DNA from: Balanoglossus misakiensis
Lineage: Eukaryota; Animalia; Hemichordata
DNA length: 64,000 bases
Assembly: GCA_040954595.2 (NCBI GenBank)
Contig: CM082576.2
Location: 18,027,028 to 18,091,027, forward strand
Reading direction: 5' to 3'
The first letter of the stretch is position 1, and every line of letters begins with the position of its first letter. The position numbers were made by a program, and so were the translations under genes. Below, piece after piece: positions 1-11,900 of the stretch. The notes below the pieces were generated by a model. That model did not search any database. It was given only the letters and a program-made list of their open reading frames with translations, and was not told where the DNA came from.

Positions 1-831
1 GTCATGAAATATCCAGCCATCAAAGACAGGCTTTAATTGATATAGGTCTCCAAATGCAACTATACTGACACCACCAAAGAGTTGATTATTTGCCATGATT
101 TGTTTCAGTCTAAGGTTGATGTAGTTGAACATACCATTGCCAACCATGGAGATTTCATCAATGAAAATGACTTTCAGATTTCTATATTTTGCTTGCAAAG
201 TATTTAGTCTTTCTGATGTTAATGGTCTATAGTGAAATCCTTGACTTGCAGGAATTTGTAGTGCTGAGTGAATTGTACTTCCCTTAATATTGTATGCCGC
301 CTTGTCTGTTGGTGCCATGAGTAAAATGAATACATTGTCAGGATTTTGACCGGGAAGACTTGAAAGATGTTTCAATAGTACTTGATAGAGTGATTTCAGA
401 ACAAGAGATTTACCAACACCTGCTCCGCCTGTTACAAATACATGCAAAGGATCTGTTTTTGTTTTAATCCAATGAATTACATGATAGAATATTTCTTTTT
501 GCTTCTTGTTAAGAGTCTGTAAAAGGGGGTAAAGTTCAGTGTCAGGCATTCGTGGGTGTAGAAGTTCATTAATATTAGAATTGTTTACAGCAATACCAAT
601 GTCTTGACCTATGTCATAATGTGAATGACTGTCATCCTGTGGGGCAAATATGTTCATTGTGTTACTTTGTCTACATCCTTCTGCAGAGTCTTGTCTTTCC
701 TGATGTTCTGTATTTGGAGCAATGTTGTCAAACATATCCACAGCTGTACTCTGTACTGCTTCAATTGCTTGATCTAATGCCTCAGCAGTTTTATTGTATT
801 CTTTTTGTTTAGTATCTACTTGCTGTTTGAC
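1..831 (-). pseudogene. PIF1-family (SF1B) helicase domain of the Helentron RepHel, partial
   Basis: Manual translation gives Walker A HVFVTGGAGVGKS (~406-444) and Walker B VIFIDEISMV (~143-172). In frame with ORF 832..1050 after a single stop codon. Confidence 0.9.
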
Positions 832-3664
832 TTATAAATAGCGCTCGTAGTATGTATTACAACCAGCCATTAGTTGATTTTCATATCGCCAATGATAAAA
901 CAACATTACTAACTCTCTGTAATGATTTTCTGTGTCTCTTTCTTTATGGAAACGAACATATCGGATGACTTTACTTTTTGTGCGTTTCTTGTAGATAAGG
1001 CTGCCCACACGATAAGTTGTTTGACCCTCCTCGTCCTCATTGTTGTACAAATCATCGTTGTCTTTTTATCTAGCTCATCATCTGTTTCCTTTTTAAATGT
1101 ATACCAAGCTGCAAAATCTGCCAAGCACAAATTCTCAAGGGCCTTTGGACGACGCTCATATTTTTTCAAGATGTTGTCACTTTCTATATCAGTAGCATTT
1201 GCTGGCATATTTTGAATTTCGTCCAGTGGTTTCAGTAGGATAACTCGATCATTAGGAGGTGATGTATTAACAAATATGACATCTCGTGAAGCTCTTCTTA
1301 ATTTCATTTGCATTGTAAGATAGACAGCTTCTTGAGCACTAACTTCAACATGATTTAGGAATTTCTTTCCTATGTGTCTGACACTTTCCCTGATGTCTTG
1401 ATTTCCTTCTCTCACTTCATCTACAGCTCTAGCTAGCAAGTTACTCATTCCTCGTTGAGCTTTACTGATGTAAGATGCTATGTACATAGCACAGGCATAT
1501 GGATCTATAATAAATTGAATGTCCATATTTGCTCTCCATGCTTTCAGTAGAATTGCATTGTAATTATTGATTCTGATTTCATTTGGGGATCTCTTGAGGA
1601 AGATTTTCTCTGATGTTAGAGATGACTGTAGTGCATTAATGTAGGTCTGTTCATCTACTTGTATTTTATCTAAGAATTCATCAAATGAGATCTTTTCTCC
1701 ACATTGTAAATCAGCAAGTACACTTTTAATATGTTTATAGTGTTCTGTAAGTCTCTGTTCTGTTGTTTCATCAATATCCATGGGTAATGGTTCCAATATC
1801 ATTGTTCTTGGCATAGGTGGAAGAGGAAAGCCAAATCTACAAACACACTGACCTTTCAGTTTACATGTTTTTTTCCATGTCTATGCATTTGATAATTTAT
1901 CAATTCTGCAAGGTTTTCATCACTGGTTTCATTGCTGCATGTAATATACTGATCTATGAAATTGGTAATTTCATCATTATCATTTTCACCATATACTGGT
2001 GCATCTTTGATCCATACAAGCATGTGTACATGTGGTGACCCTCTTTGTTGAAATTCAACTCTGTAAAAGTAGTCCTGTATTTCACCAAGTGGATGATGTG
2101 AGCTCAGAAGAAAATCATGCATTAATTGCTGAAAGCAATGATCAAAGTGTCGAGCACAAGTAACAGGGTCTGATTTGATCAGTTCCGACTTTGTGTTCCA
2201 TGACATATTTAATATATCATTGTCTGTGTACTCCTTTTCATGAACTGTCTTGCCAAGAATTTTCAGCAGATGTATCCATTTGGACTCAGCTGATGAAAAA
2301 GACATGAAGTATGTTGGAATACCAAGCTGGCGTATCATAGCAAAAATGTCTCGCTTAGCACTTTCCCAATATGGTGGTGAACCTCTCAATGTTCTTAAAA
2401 CCCTGAATCCTTCATCAAGTCTAACTATCTTGTCTACAATTTGAGGAGATTGCATTTCACTAGCTGTTACTTTACGGCCTTTCAGATTACATTTGCGTAA
2501 GCATAATGTTGCCTTGTCTTTAATTTGCTGAATTTGCAACTTTTTCAGTTTAAAGAAAATGTTGGGGACAGATTTAGCAACTCTTCGATCTTTATGCCGC
2601 AGTTCCCATTTGCATAAAGTACTGTATGATACAGGGATCACATGTTCATTTTGTCTTGGCTGACCACAATAGATTGTTGGAAATGAAAGTTCTTCAAAAT
2701 ACTTATCTTGAAATATACCTACAGGTTTGTTACCTTCACCTGGGGCATAGCAAAACGCTCCTTGTGAATCAGTGTTTTCAACATATGGACGAGAAAGCAT
2801 TGTATCTAATGTTCCACCAGCATGATCCTCTAATTTTGTTTCTTCTGTCCAATCATCATTATCATTATCATCATTATCATCCTCATCATTTTCATTACAG
2901 ATTACCGGTTCACATAATTCAGAAGCAAGATTTGTACCATTATTGTCCAAAAATTCTTCCCAGTTATCATCAGACTCATTTTGATCACAAACATTCCAAT
3001 TTGTACCAATTGTTACCTTTTCTGCTTTATACGAAGGACTGTTTTCAACTAACCACTTTGCTGCTATTAAAACTTTCTGAGGTCTAACATTTTCAATTTG
3101 GTAGGCATGATTGTAGCTGATTTTCCTCTTGAATTTGACTGGTATTGTTTGTGATTCATTGATAGTTCTCGGTAATGTCGGAATAGTACTAGAGACATCT
3201 GCTATGACATTGACAATATTGCCTTTGAGACTAATTTGTCTACTCCGTGGCAATTCTCTTATTTGCATGAAAGGAATACGCAAGGCCACAAGTCTTTCTT
3301 CAAGTGGATGTAATTGTAACTCTGGTGGGATTACTGGAAATGACATTTTGTTTGCTACAGCACAGGGTGGCAGCTTTGAGTCTTTTAAATACGAGTAGCA
3401 AGTTCTACATAATGGTGACATTTCATCAGGTGTGGCATTTGCATTTACATGGGTTGATGAAAACAATGAAAATTTACTTTGGATATTATTGTAGTTTACA
3501 ACACTTTCTCTGTACCACAGCTGTTCACAGCACACACATACAAATGTTGGACCATTCTGAACTGATTTATGAAATACATCAATAAGCTCTTTAATTGATT
3601 TGGCACCACCGCAATTTCTGTTAATTTTCTTAGCTCTTGCATCTGCTTCCCTTTCATATTGTCT
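832..3664 (-). pseudogene. Helentron Rep (HUH endonuclease) region, split by frameshifts into ORFs 1856-3535, 909-1814 and 832-1050
   Basis: Motifs CxxC...PPELQLHPLEERLVALRIPF, LRGSPPYW...IRQLGIPTYFMSFS, VEFQQRGSPHVH (HUH), NYNAILLKAWRANMDIQF, YIASYISK (catalytic Tyr), EVSAQEAVY. Frameshifts fall near A-runs (~1870, ~1065). Confidence 0.9.
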
Positions 3665-4735
3665 CTACACTTCATCAGACCGTCTTAATTTCATTGATTC
3701 AACATTTCTCTGTTGTTCACGTTGTCTGTACATTTCATCAGACCGTCTTAATTTCATTGATTCAACATTTCTCTGTTGTTCACGTTGTCTGTAAACTTCA
3801 TCGGACCGTCTCAATTTCATTGATTGAACATTTCTCTGTTGTTCACTTTGTATGTACCCTTGATCGGACCGTCTTAATATCATTGATTGAACATTTCTTT
3901 GTTGTTCACGTTGTCTGTACCCTTCATCGGACCAACTTAATTTCATTGATTGAACATTTTTCTGTCGTTCCCTTTGTCTGAGGACTTCATCGGTCCGTCT
4001 TAATTTCATTGATTGAACATTTTTCTGTCGTTCCCTTTGTCTGAACACTTCATCGGTCCGTCTTAATTTCATTGATTGAACATTTTTCTGTCTTTCCCTT
4101 TGTCTGTACACTTCATCAGACCGTCTTAATTTCATTGATTCAACATTTCTCTGTTGTTCACGTTGCCTGTACACTTCATCAGACCGTCTTAATTTCATTG
4201 ATTCAACATTTCTCTGTTGTTCACGTTGTCTGTACATTTCATCAGACCGTCTTAATTTCATTGATTCAACATTTCTCTGTTGTTCACGTTGCCTGTACAC
4301 TTCATCAGACCGTCTTAATTTCATTGATTCAACATTTCTCTGTTGTTCACTTTGTATGTACCCTTGATCGGACCGTCTTAATATCATTGATTGAACATTT
4401 CTTTGTTGTTCACGTTGTCTGTACCCTTCATCGGACCAACTTAATTTCATTGATTGAACATTTTTCTGTCGTTCCCTTTGTCTGAGGACTTCATCGGTCC
4501 GTCTTAATTTCATTGATTGAACATTTTTCTGTCGTTCCCTTTGTCTGAACACTTCATTGGTCCGTCTTAATTTCATTGATTGAACATTTTTCTGTCTTTC
4601 CCTTTGTCTGTACACTTCATCAGACCGTCTTAATTTCATTGATTCAACATTTCTCTGTTGTTCACGTTGCCTGTACACTTCATCAGACCGTCTTAATTTC
4701 ATTGATTCTACATTTCTCTGCTGTTCATTTTGCCT
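3660..4735 (-). repeat. Coding 63-bp minisatellite (~17 x 21-aa unit QREQQRNVESMKLRRSDEVYR) within the Helentron ORF
   Basis: ORF 3665..4897 shows the repeated 21-aa unit. A variant unit (SDQGYIQSE) recurs at 504-bp spacing (~3844 and ~4348), i.e. an 8-unit higher-order duplication. Confidence 0.95.
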
Positions 4736-4893
4736 CCACCAACTATTAGATCTCTTGATTCTTTCATATGATAAGTCTCTTTGTTTTTCATTCTCCTTAA
4801 AGTCAACATTTTTTCTTTTTTCTTGCTTTCTCTTCTTGTCCCTCTCTTTTTCCCTTTCCCTATAACTTGCAAAGTCTATATTATGTGTTGTGA

Positions 4894-5418
4894 TCATATC
4901 ATGTGTTTTGCCCGATTCATGATCAGAGTCCTCAAGTGTCGTGTAAGATGTGTATCTGTTATCTCAAGGAAGTCATAGTGACCACTATCAAATTGTCCTT
5001 GTTCACGGATTGCATGATATAACAGGTGTATTGTCACTGAGGAATCACCCTCTGTGAGAAATGGTTCATTGAGAATATCTAAATGAACTGCAATCTTCAC
5101 ATTGTATGCTGAAGCAGCTGCAGTTATTTCAATATGGCCACCAAAAGTTGCAAAACCTGGATCAGATTTAGACATGTACTGCCTGTAGTCATCTTGATTA
5201 TTTACACTAAATCTCTGATATTCAGCAATAATGAAATCTTTATATTCATCCCAATGATCACTTATATAGTTTACAGTTTGTAATCTAACAGCATTATGAT
5301 GAATCTGAGTTGCAAATAGGCCTTGACTTATAGCCCTAAATAGACAATTGCCATCACCCTCAATAACAACCATTCTATAAGAATTTGATGGACATTGTCT
5401 TTTATGTTGGAGATGCAA
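4894..5418 (-). CDS. OTU-family cysteine protease (deubiquitinase-like) domain, N-terminal part of the Helentron protein
   Basis: VIEGDGNCLFRAIS (catalytic Cys loop), FGGHIEITAAA and SGHYD (catalytic His). Overlaps the repeat ORF by a frameshift. Confidence 0.88.
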   Translation of the reverse strand: MHLQHKRQCPSNSYRMVVIEGDGNCLFRAISQGLFATQIHHNAVRLQTVNYISDHWDEYKDFIIAEYQRFSVNNQDDYRQYMSKSDPGFATFGGHIEITAAASAYNVKIAVHLDILNEPFLTEGDSSVTIHLLYHAIREQGQFDSGHYDFLEITDTHLTRHLRTLIMNRAKHMI

Positions 5419-5999
5419 CTTTCTCTTTTTATTTTTGCCTTTGTGCTTAATTTCTTTACTCTCATTGTATTGATGTATTCAACTTGTTACAGATGTGATA
5501 AGATTCCTTCAGATTATTCAAGTACAGTATCAAAAGGATATGATCTGGAGTAAATGCTGTTGTGTTTCACTCAAGAACTCCTGTACAAATGGTCTCTGTA
5601 TTTCTCTAGGATGGATTATTTGATAAAACACCAAGAATAAATAAAATATATCTCTGTATGTTGTGAATATATATCTTGTGGCAGTCACACTAAGATAAAA
5701 GCAAGTACTCAAATCTTCCAATTTTCAAATATTTAATTGATTGTTATGATAGCAAGTGTGATTATTATAATAGTGAGCGTTCCATGACCCTTCCAACGGC
5801 CGAATGTGCAAATATGAGCCTTTCAACGGCCAAATATGCAAGTATGAGCCTTCAAACAGCAAAATATGAGCCTTCTAATAACCACTGCATTAGTCACTAC
5901 TATCGTGGCGTACTCCAGAATCACGAGAGAAATGTCCAAAAGAGCAAGATCGGTTTCCCCAACAACGCTGGACCAATCAATCAGAAAGTCATACGCGTC

Positions 6000-8900
6000 G
6001 CCGCAGCGGTGCAAATAAGAGATCCCTGCATCGCAGCGGTGCGAATAAGATTTCCCTCCCAAACAACGATCTGACCATTCTTTATTCACTCCTCGGCGAC
6101 AAAAACGTTTTATTACGGCCTAAATAATGACTTTTTCGCTCCTTGGTTGGTCATGCGGACGGAAAGACACGGTTTTAGCGAGTTTATCTTTCTCTCTGCT
6201 GAGCACTCCGTATTCAGACTTGCCCAAGTGAACCGCGACAAAAAAGGCCAAGTTTCCCTGCATGTTACTTATACCCGACAGATGAAAAAAGCAGCGTAGA
6301 TATTGAAATGAATTGGATTTATGAAAACGATAAAAATTACAATTATAATGTCGTTAAAAGTTCTCACAAAAAAAAGAAATAGAAAAAAAGTGGTCTCGAA
6401 CCAACATCAGTTGACACCCTCAGGTAAAAAGGTTAGCCTTCCTGAACCTTTGGCCATCACGATGTTTACTCGAAAAAGTCGGAAATTTTCCGCATTATAT
6501 TGCAGCATAACTCCAATGATCTTATTTGCACCGCAGCGGTGCAAATAAGAGTTCCCCGCACCGCAGCTGTGCGAATAAGAGTTCCCTGGCCCCGCAATGA
6601 TCTGACCGTTCTTTATTCACTCTTCGGCGACAAAAACGTTTTATTACGGCCTAAATAACGACTTTTTCGCTCCTTGGTTGGTCATGCGGACGGAAAGACA
6701 CGGTTTTAGCGAGTTTATCTTTCACTCTGCTGAGCACTCAGTATTCAGACTTACCCAAGTGAACCGCGACAAAAAATGGCCAAGTTTCCCTGCATGTTAC
6801 TTATACCCGATAGATGAAAAAAGCAGCGTAGATATTGAAATGAATTGGATTTATGAAATTGTTAAAATTTCAATTATAATGTCGTTAAAAGTTCTCACAA
6901 AAAATAGAAATAGTAAAAAAGTGGTCTCGAACCAACATCAGTTGACATCCTCAGGTAAAACCTTTCCTGAACCTTTCGCCATCACAATGTGTACTCGAAA
7001 AAGTCGGAAATTTTCCGCACTATATTGCAGCATAACTCCAATGATCTTATTTGCACCGCAGTTGTGCAAATACGAGTTCCCTGCACCGTAGCGGTGCGAA
7101 TAAGAGTTCCCTGGCCCCGCAATGATCTGACCGTTCTTTATTTACTCCTCGGCGACATAAAACGTTTTATTACGGCTTAAATAACGACTTTTTCGCTCCT
7201 TGGTTGGTCATTCGGACGGAAAGACAAGGTTTTAGCGAGTTTATCTTTCTCTCTGCTGAGCACTCCGTTATTCAGACTTGCCCAAGTGAACCGCGACAAA
7301 AAATGGCCAAGTTTCTCTGCATGTTTGTTATACCAGACAGATAAAAAAAGCAGCGTAGATATTGAAATGAATTGGATTTATGAAATTGTTAAAAATTACA
7401 ATTATAATGTCGTTAAAAGTTCTCACAAAAAAAAGAAATAGAAAAAAAGTGGTCTCGAACCAACATCAGTTGACACCCTCAGGTAAAAAGGTTAGCCTTC
7501 CTGAACCTTTGGCCATCACGATGTTTACTCGAAAAAGTCGGAAATTTTCCGCATTATATTGCAGCATAACTCCAATGATCTTATTTGCACCGCAGCGGTG
7601 CAAATAAGAGTTCCCCGCACCGCAGCTGTGCGAATAAGAGTTCCCTGGCCCCGCAATGATCTGACCGTTCTTTATTCACTCTTCGGCGACAAAAACGTTT
7701 TATTACGGCCTAAATAACGACTTTTTCGCTCCTTGGTTGGTCATGCGGACGGAAAGACACGGTTTTAGCGAGTTTATCTTTCACTCTGCTGAGCACTCAG
7801 TATTCAGACTTACCCAAGTGAACCGCGACAAAAAATGGCCAAGTTTCCCTGCATGTTACTTATACCCGATAGATGAAAAAAGCAGCGTAGATATTGAAAT
7901 GAATTGGATTTATGAAATTGTTAAAATTTCAATTATAATGTCGTTAAAAGTTCTCACAAAAAATAGAAATAGTAAAAAAGTGGTCTCGAACCAACATCAG
8001 TTGACATCCTCAGGTAAAACCTTTCCTGAACCTTTCGCCATCACAATGTGTACTCGAAAAAGTCGGAAATTTTCCGCACTATATTGCAGCATAACTCCAA
8101 TGATCTTATTTGCACCGCAGTTGTGCAAATACGAGTTCCCTGCACCGTAGCGGTGCGAATAAGAGTTCCCTGGCCCCGCAATGATCTGACCGTTCTTTAT
8201 TTACTCCTCGGCGACATAAAACGTTTTATTACGGCTTAAATAACGACTTTTTCGCTCCTTGGTTGGTCATTCGGACGGAAAGACAAGGTTTTAGCGAGTT
8301 TATCTTTCTCTCTGCTGAGCACTCCGTTATTCAGACTTGCCCAAGTGAACCGCGACAAAAAATGGCCAAGTTTCTCTGCATGTTTGTTATACCAGACAGA
8401 TAAAAAAAGCAGCGTAGATATTGAAATGAATTGGATTTATGAAATTGTTAAAAATTACAATTATAATGTCGTTAAAAGTTCTCACAAAAAAATAGAAATA
8501 GAAAAAAGTGGTCTCGAACCAACATCAGTCGACACCTTCGGGTAAAAGGCTAGCCTTCCTGAACCTTTCGCCATCATGATGTGTACTCGAAAAAGTAGGA
8601 AATTTTCCGCACTATATTGCAGCATAACTCCAATGATCTTATTTGCACCGCAGTGGACAAAAACGTTTTATTACGGCCTAAATAACGACTTTTTCGCTCC
8701 TTGGTTGGTCATGCGGACGGAAAGACACGGTTTTAGCGAGTTTATCTTTCTCTCTGCTGAGCACTCAGTATTCAGACTTGCCCAAGTGAACCGCGACAAA
8801 AAAGGCCAAGTTTCCCTGCATGTTACTTATACCCGACAGATGAAAAAAGCAGCGTAGATATTGAAATGAATTGGATTTATGAAAACGATAAAAATTACAA

Positions 8901-11900
8901 TTATAATGTCGTTAAAAGTTCTCACAAAAAAAAGAAATAGAAAAAAAGTGGTCTCGAACCAACATCAGTTGACACCCTCAGGTAAAAAGGTTAGCCTTCC
9001 TGAACCTTTGGCCATCACGATGTTTACTCGAAAAAGTCGGAAATTTTCCGCATTATATTGCAGCATAACTCCAATGATCTTATTTGCACCGCAGCGGTGC
9101 AAATAAGAGTTCCCCGCACCGCAGCTGTGCGAATAAGAGTTCCCTGGCCCCGCAATGATCTGACCGTTCTTTATTCACTCTTCGGCGACAAAAACGTTAT
9201 ATTACGGCCTAAATAACGACTTTTTCGCTCCTTGGTTGGTCATGCGGACGGAAAGACACGGTTTTAGCGAGTTTATCTTTCACTCTGCTGAGCACTCAGT
9301 ATTCAGACTTACCCAAGTGAACCGCGACAAAAAATGGCCAAGTTTCCCTGCATGTTACTTATACCCGATAGATGAAAAAAGCAGCGTAGATATTGAAATG
9401 AATTGGATTTATGAAATTGTTAAAAATTACAATTATAATGTCGTTAAAAGTTCTCACAAAAAATAGAAATAGAAAAAAAGTGGTCTCGAACCAACATCAG
9501 TCGACACCTTCGGGTAAAAGGCTAGCCTTCCTGAACCTTTCGCCATCATGATGTGTACTCGAAAAAGTAGGAAATTTTCCGCACTATATTGCAGCATAAC
9601 TCCAATGATCTTATTTGCACCGCAGTGGACAAAAACGTTTTATTACGGCCTAAATAACGACTTTTTCGCTCCTTGGTTGGTCATGCGGACGGAAAGACAC
9701 GGTTTTAGCGAGTTTATCTTTCTCTCTGCTGAGCACTCCGTATTCAGACTTGCCCAAGTGAACCGCGACAAAAAAGGCCAAGTTTCCCTGAATGTTACTT
9801 ATACCCGACAGATGAAAAAAGCAGCGTAGATATTGAAATGAATTGGATTCATGAAAACGATAAAAATTACAATTATAATGTCGTTAAAAGTTCTCACAAA
9901 AAAAAGAAATAGAAAAAAAGTGGTCTCGAACCAACATCAGTTGACACCCTCAGGTAAAAAGGTTAGCCTTCCTGAACCTTTGGCCATCACGATGTTTACT
10001 CGAAAAAGTCGGAAATTTTCCGCATTATATTGCAGCATAACTCCAATGATCTTATTTGCACCGCAGCGGTGCAAATAAGAGTTCCCCGCACCGCAGCTGT
10101 GCGAATAAGAGTTCCCTGGCCCCGCAATGATCTGACCGTTCTTTATTCACTCTTCGGCGACAAAAACGTTTTATTACGGCCTAAATAACGACTTTTTCGC
10201 TCCTTGGTTGGTCATGCGGACGGAAAGACACGGTTTTAGCGAGTTTATCTTTCACTCTGCTGAGCACTCAGTATTCAGACTTACCCAAGTGAACCGCGAC
10301 AAAAAATGGCCAAGTTTCCCTGCATGTTACTTATACCCGATAGATGAAAAAAGCAGCGTAGATATTGAAATGAATTGGATTTATGAAATTGTTAAAATTT
10401 CAATTATAATGTCGTTAAAAGTTCTCACAAAAAATAGAAATAGTAAAAAAGTGGTCTCGAACCAACATCAGTTGACATCCTCAGGTAAAACCTTTCCTGA
10501 ACCTTTCGCCATCACAATGTGTACTCGAAAAAGTCGGAAATTTTCCGCACTATATTGCAGCATAACTCCAATGATCTTATTTGCACCGCAGCTGTGCAAA
10601 TACGAGTTCCCTGCACCGTAGCGGTGCGAATAAGAGTTCCCTGGCCCCGCAATGATCTGACCGTTCTTTATTTACTCCTCGGCGACATAAAACGTTTTAT
10701 TACGGCCTAAATAACGACTTTTTCGCTCCTTGGTTGGTCATGCGGACGGAAAGACACGGTTTTAGCGAGTTTATCTTTCACTCTGCTGAGCACTCAGTAT
10801 TCAGACTTACCCAAGTGAACCGCGACAAAAAATGGCCAAGTTTCCCTGCATGTTACTTATACCCGATAGATGAAAAAAGCAGCGTAGATATTGAAATGAA
10901 TTGGATTTATGAAATTGTTAAAAATTACAATTATAATGTCGTTAAAAGTTCTCACAAAAAATAGAAATAGAAAAAAAGTGGTCTCGAACCAACATCAGTC
11001 GACACCTTCGGGTAAAAGGCTAGCCTTCCTGAACCTTTCGCCATCATGATGTGTACTCGAAAAAGTAGGAAATTTTCCGCACTATATTGCAGCATAACTC
11101 CAATGATCTTATTTGCACCGCAGTGGACAAAAACGTTTTATTACGGCCTAAATAACGACTTTTTCGCTCCTTGGTTGGTCATGCGGACGGAAAGACACGG
11201 TTTTAGCGAGTTTATCTTTCTCTCTGCTGAGCACTCCGTATTCAGACTTGCCCAAGTGAACCGCGACAAAAAAGGCCAAGTTTCCCTGAATGTTACTTAT
11301 ACCCGACAGATGAAAAAAGCAGCGTAGATATTGAAATGAATTGGATTCATGAAAACGATAAAAATTACAATTATAATGTCGTTAAAAGTTCTCACAAAAA
11401 AAAGAAATAGAAAAAAAGTGGTCTCGAACCAACATCAGTTGACACCCTCAGGTAAAAAGGTTAGCCTTCCTGAACCTTTGGCCATCACGATGTTTACTCG
11501 AAAAAGTCGGAAATTTTCCGCATTATATTGCAGCATAACTCCAATGATCTTATTTGCACCGCAGCGGTGCAAATAAGAGTTCCCCGCACCGCAGCTGTGC
11601 GAATAAGAGTTCCCTGGCCCCGCAATGATCTGACCGTTCTTTATTCACTCTTCGGCGACAAAAACGTTTTATTACGGCCTAAATAACGACTTTTTCGCTC
11701 CTTGGTTGGTCATGCGGACGGAAAGACACGGTTTTAGCGAGTTTATCTTTCACTCTGCTGAGCACTCAGTATTCAGACTTACCCAAGTGAACCGCGACAA
11801 AAAATGGCCAAGTTTCCCTGCATGTTACTTATACCCGATAGATGAAAAAAGCAGCGTAGATATTGAAATGAATTGGATTTATGAAATTGTTAAAATTTCA

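Larger units (their letters stand above)
1..5900 (-). mobile_element. Helentron/Helitron2-type rolling-circle transposon, coding region disrupted; runs off the window start
   Basis: Minus-strand domain order is OTU, repeat region, Rep, PIF1 helicase. Rep motif 2 reads YRVEFQQRGSPHVH (Ser variant typical of Helentrons). Element termini were not identified. Confidence 0.88.

Noticed and set aside
3600-4485. Plus-strand ORFs over the 63-bp repeat
   Set aside because: They are antisense shadows of the Helentron repeat coding region.
6383-6463. Functional tRNA genes in the array
   Set aside because: A/B boxes are present, but no acceptor stem or clean anticodon arm can be formed.
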